Part shown: positions 63,503 through 64,000 of the stretch, piece after piece
Layout of the letters: each line of letters opens with the position of its first letter
Numbering within the stretch: position 1 is the stretch's first letter
Source: an uncultured Planctomycetaceae bacterium
GTDB lineage: Bacteria; Planctomycetota; Planctomycetia; Planctomycetales; Planctomycetaceae
Direction of reading: 5' to 3'
DNA length: 64,000 nt
Assembly: GCA_963813715.1 (NCBI GenBank)
Contig: CAWFAK010000017.1
Span: forward strand, 32,001 to 96,000
Position numbers and translations under genes: made by a program
Notes under the pieces: generated by a model
The model's database searches: none
The model's input: the letters and a program-made list of their open reading frames with translations, nothing else
What the model was told of the DNA's origin: nothing

Positions 63503-64000
63503 CTATTTGGCCCGGGACCGGACCTCCAACTCCACGCCGTCCGGGCCGGTGAAAATGAGCCGATCTGCCGGGCCGGCAGCCTCGGTGTGAGCAGCATCTG
63601 GGTGGGAATTGTTCCGCCGCGAGGCTCGCAGCCGCTCCGCCGTCGAATCGAGGTCGGCCGTCCAGATAAGTCGATCGATCGCTCGGCCTCGCGTGGATGC
63701 CGGGGGATGTTTAAGGGTTTTCACCAATACCCACACGTCCCCATAGCGGACGCCCGCCAGCACACCGGCGTAACGCGTCACCCGGTTGCCGAAGATCTCG
63801 GTGTACCACTTCAAGGTGCCCTTGGGGTCGGTCGTGGCGAGGTGGACATGATGGAAGCCGTGAATCTCACGGTCCTCCACCAGCTCGATCAACGTCCCCC
63901 AGCGGTCCTTAATGAAGGCGTAGCGGATCGGCCCCTCCTGCTCGACTCCGGAAACAATCTCCACGCCCGTCGTCGCGAACCGCCGCATCTCCCGGTCGAG
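63503..64000 (-). CDS. VOC/glyoxalase family protein (5' end outside window)
   Basis: YAFIKDRWGTLIELVE, FHHVHL..W Y..IFG, FTGPDGVELEV. Confidence 0.8.
   Translation of the reverse strand, partial: LDREMRRFATTGVEIVSGVEQEGPIRYAFIKDRWGTLIELVEDREIHGFHHVHLATTDPKGTLKWYTEIFGNRVTRYAGVLAGVRYGDVWVLVKTLKHPPASTRGRAIDRLIWTADLDSTAERLRASRRNNSHPDAAHTEAAGPADRLIFTGPDGVELEVRSRAK

Overview
GC-rich bacterial chromosomal segment, most likely Planctomycetota (inferred from gene content: redoxin/cytochrome-c/Cu-monooxygenase fusion, PQQ-propeller protein, DUF3500, tandem large lepB genes after lepA, multi-repeat secretin-N protein). About 45 CDS; no rRNA, tRNA, CRISPR, integrase or transposase recognised. Around 19 genes, including normally essential priA, nadD and both lepB copies, carry small frameshifts, which points to long-read indel errors rather than pseudogenes; gene models were rejoined across them by eye. 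Centre-piece: a 15-kb type II secretion/type IV filament-like cluster (gspE-F-G-H-I-J-K, PilM/PilN-like fusion, PilO-insert-GspC/PilP-like fusion) divergent from a secretin-like gene with an N0 domain and about 7 KH-like N repeats but no visible outer-membrane barrel. Also notable: a redoxin-cytochrome c-copper monooxygenase-CBM48-like fusion, an S2P/PspA-like/FHA/PLDc_N string, an orphan double-domain NfeD, and several intergenic repeat types (REPIN-like rod, heptamer hairpins, 13-bp x5 array). Family assignments come from motif recognition only; no searches were run.
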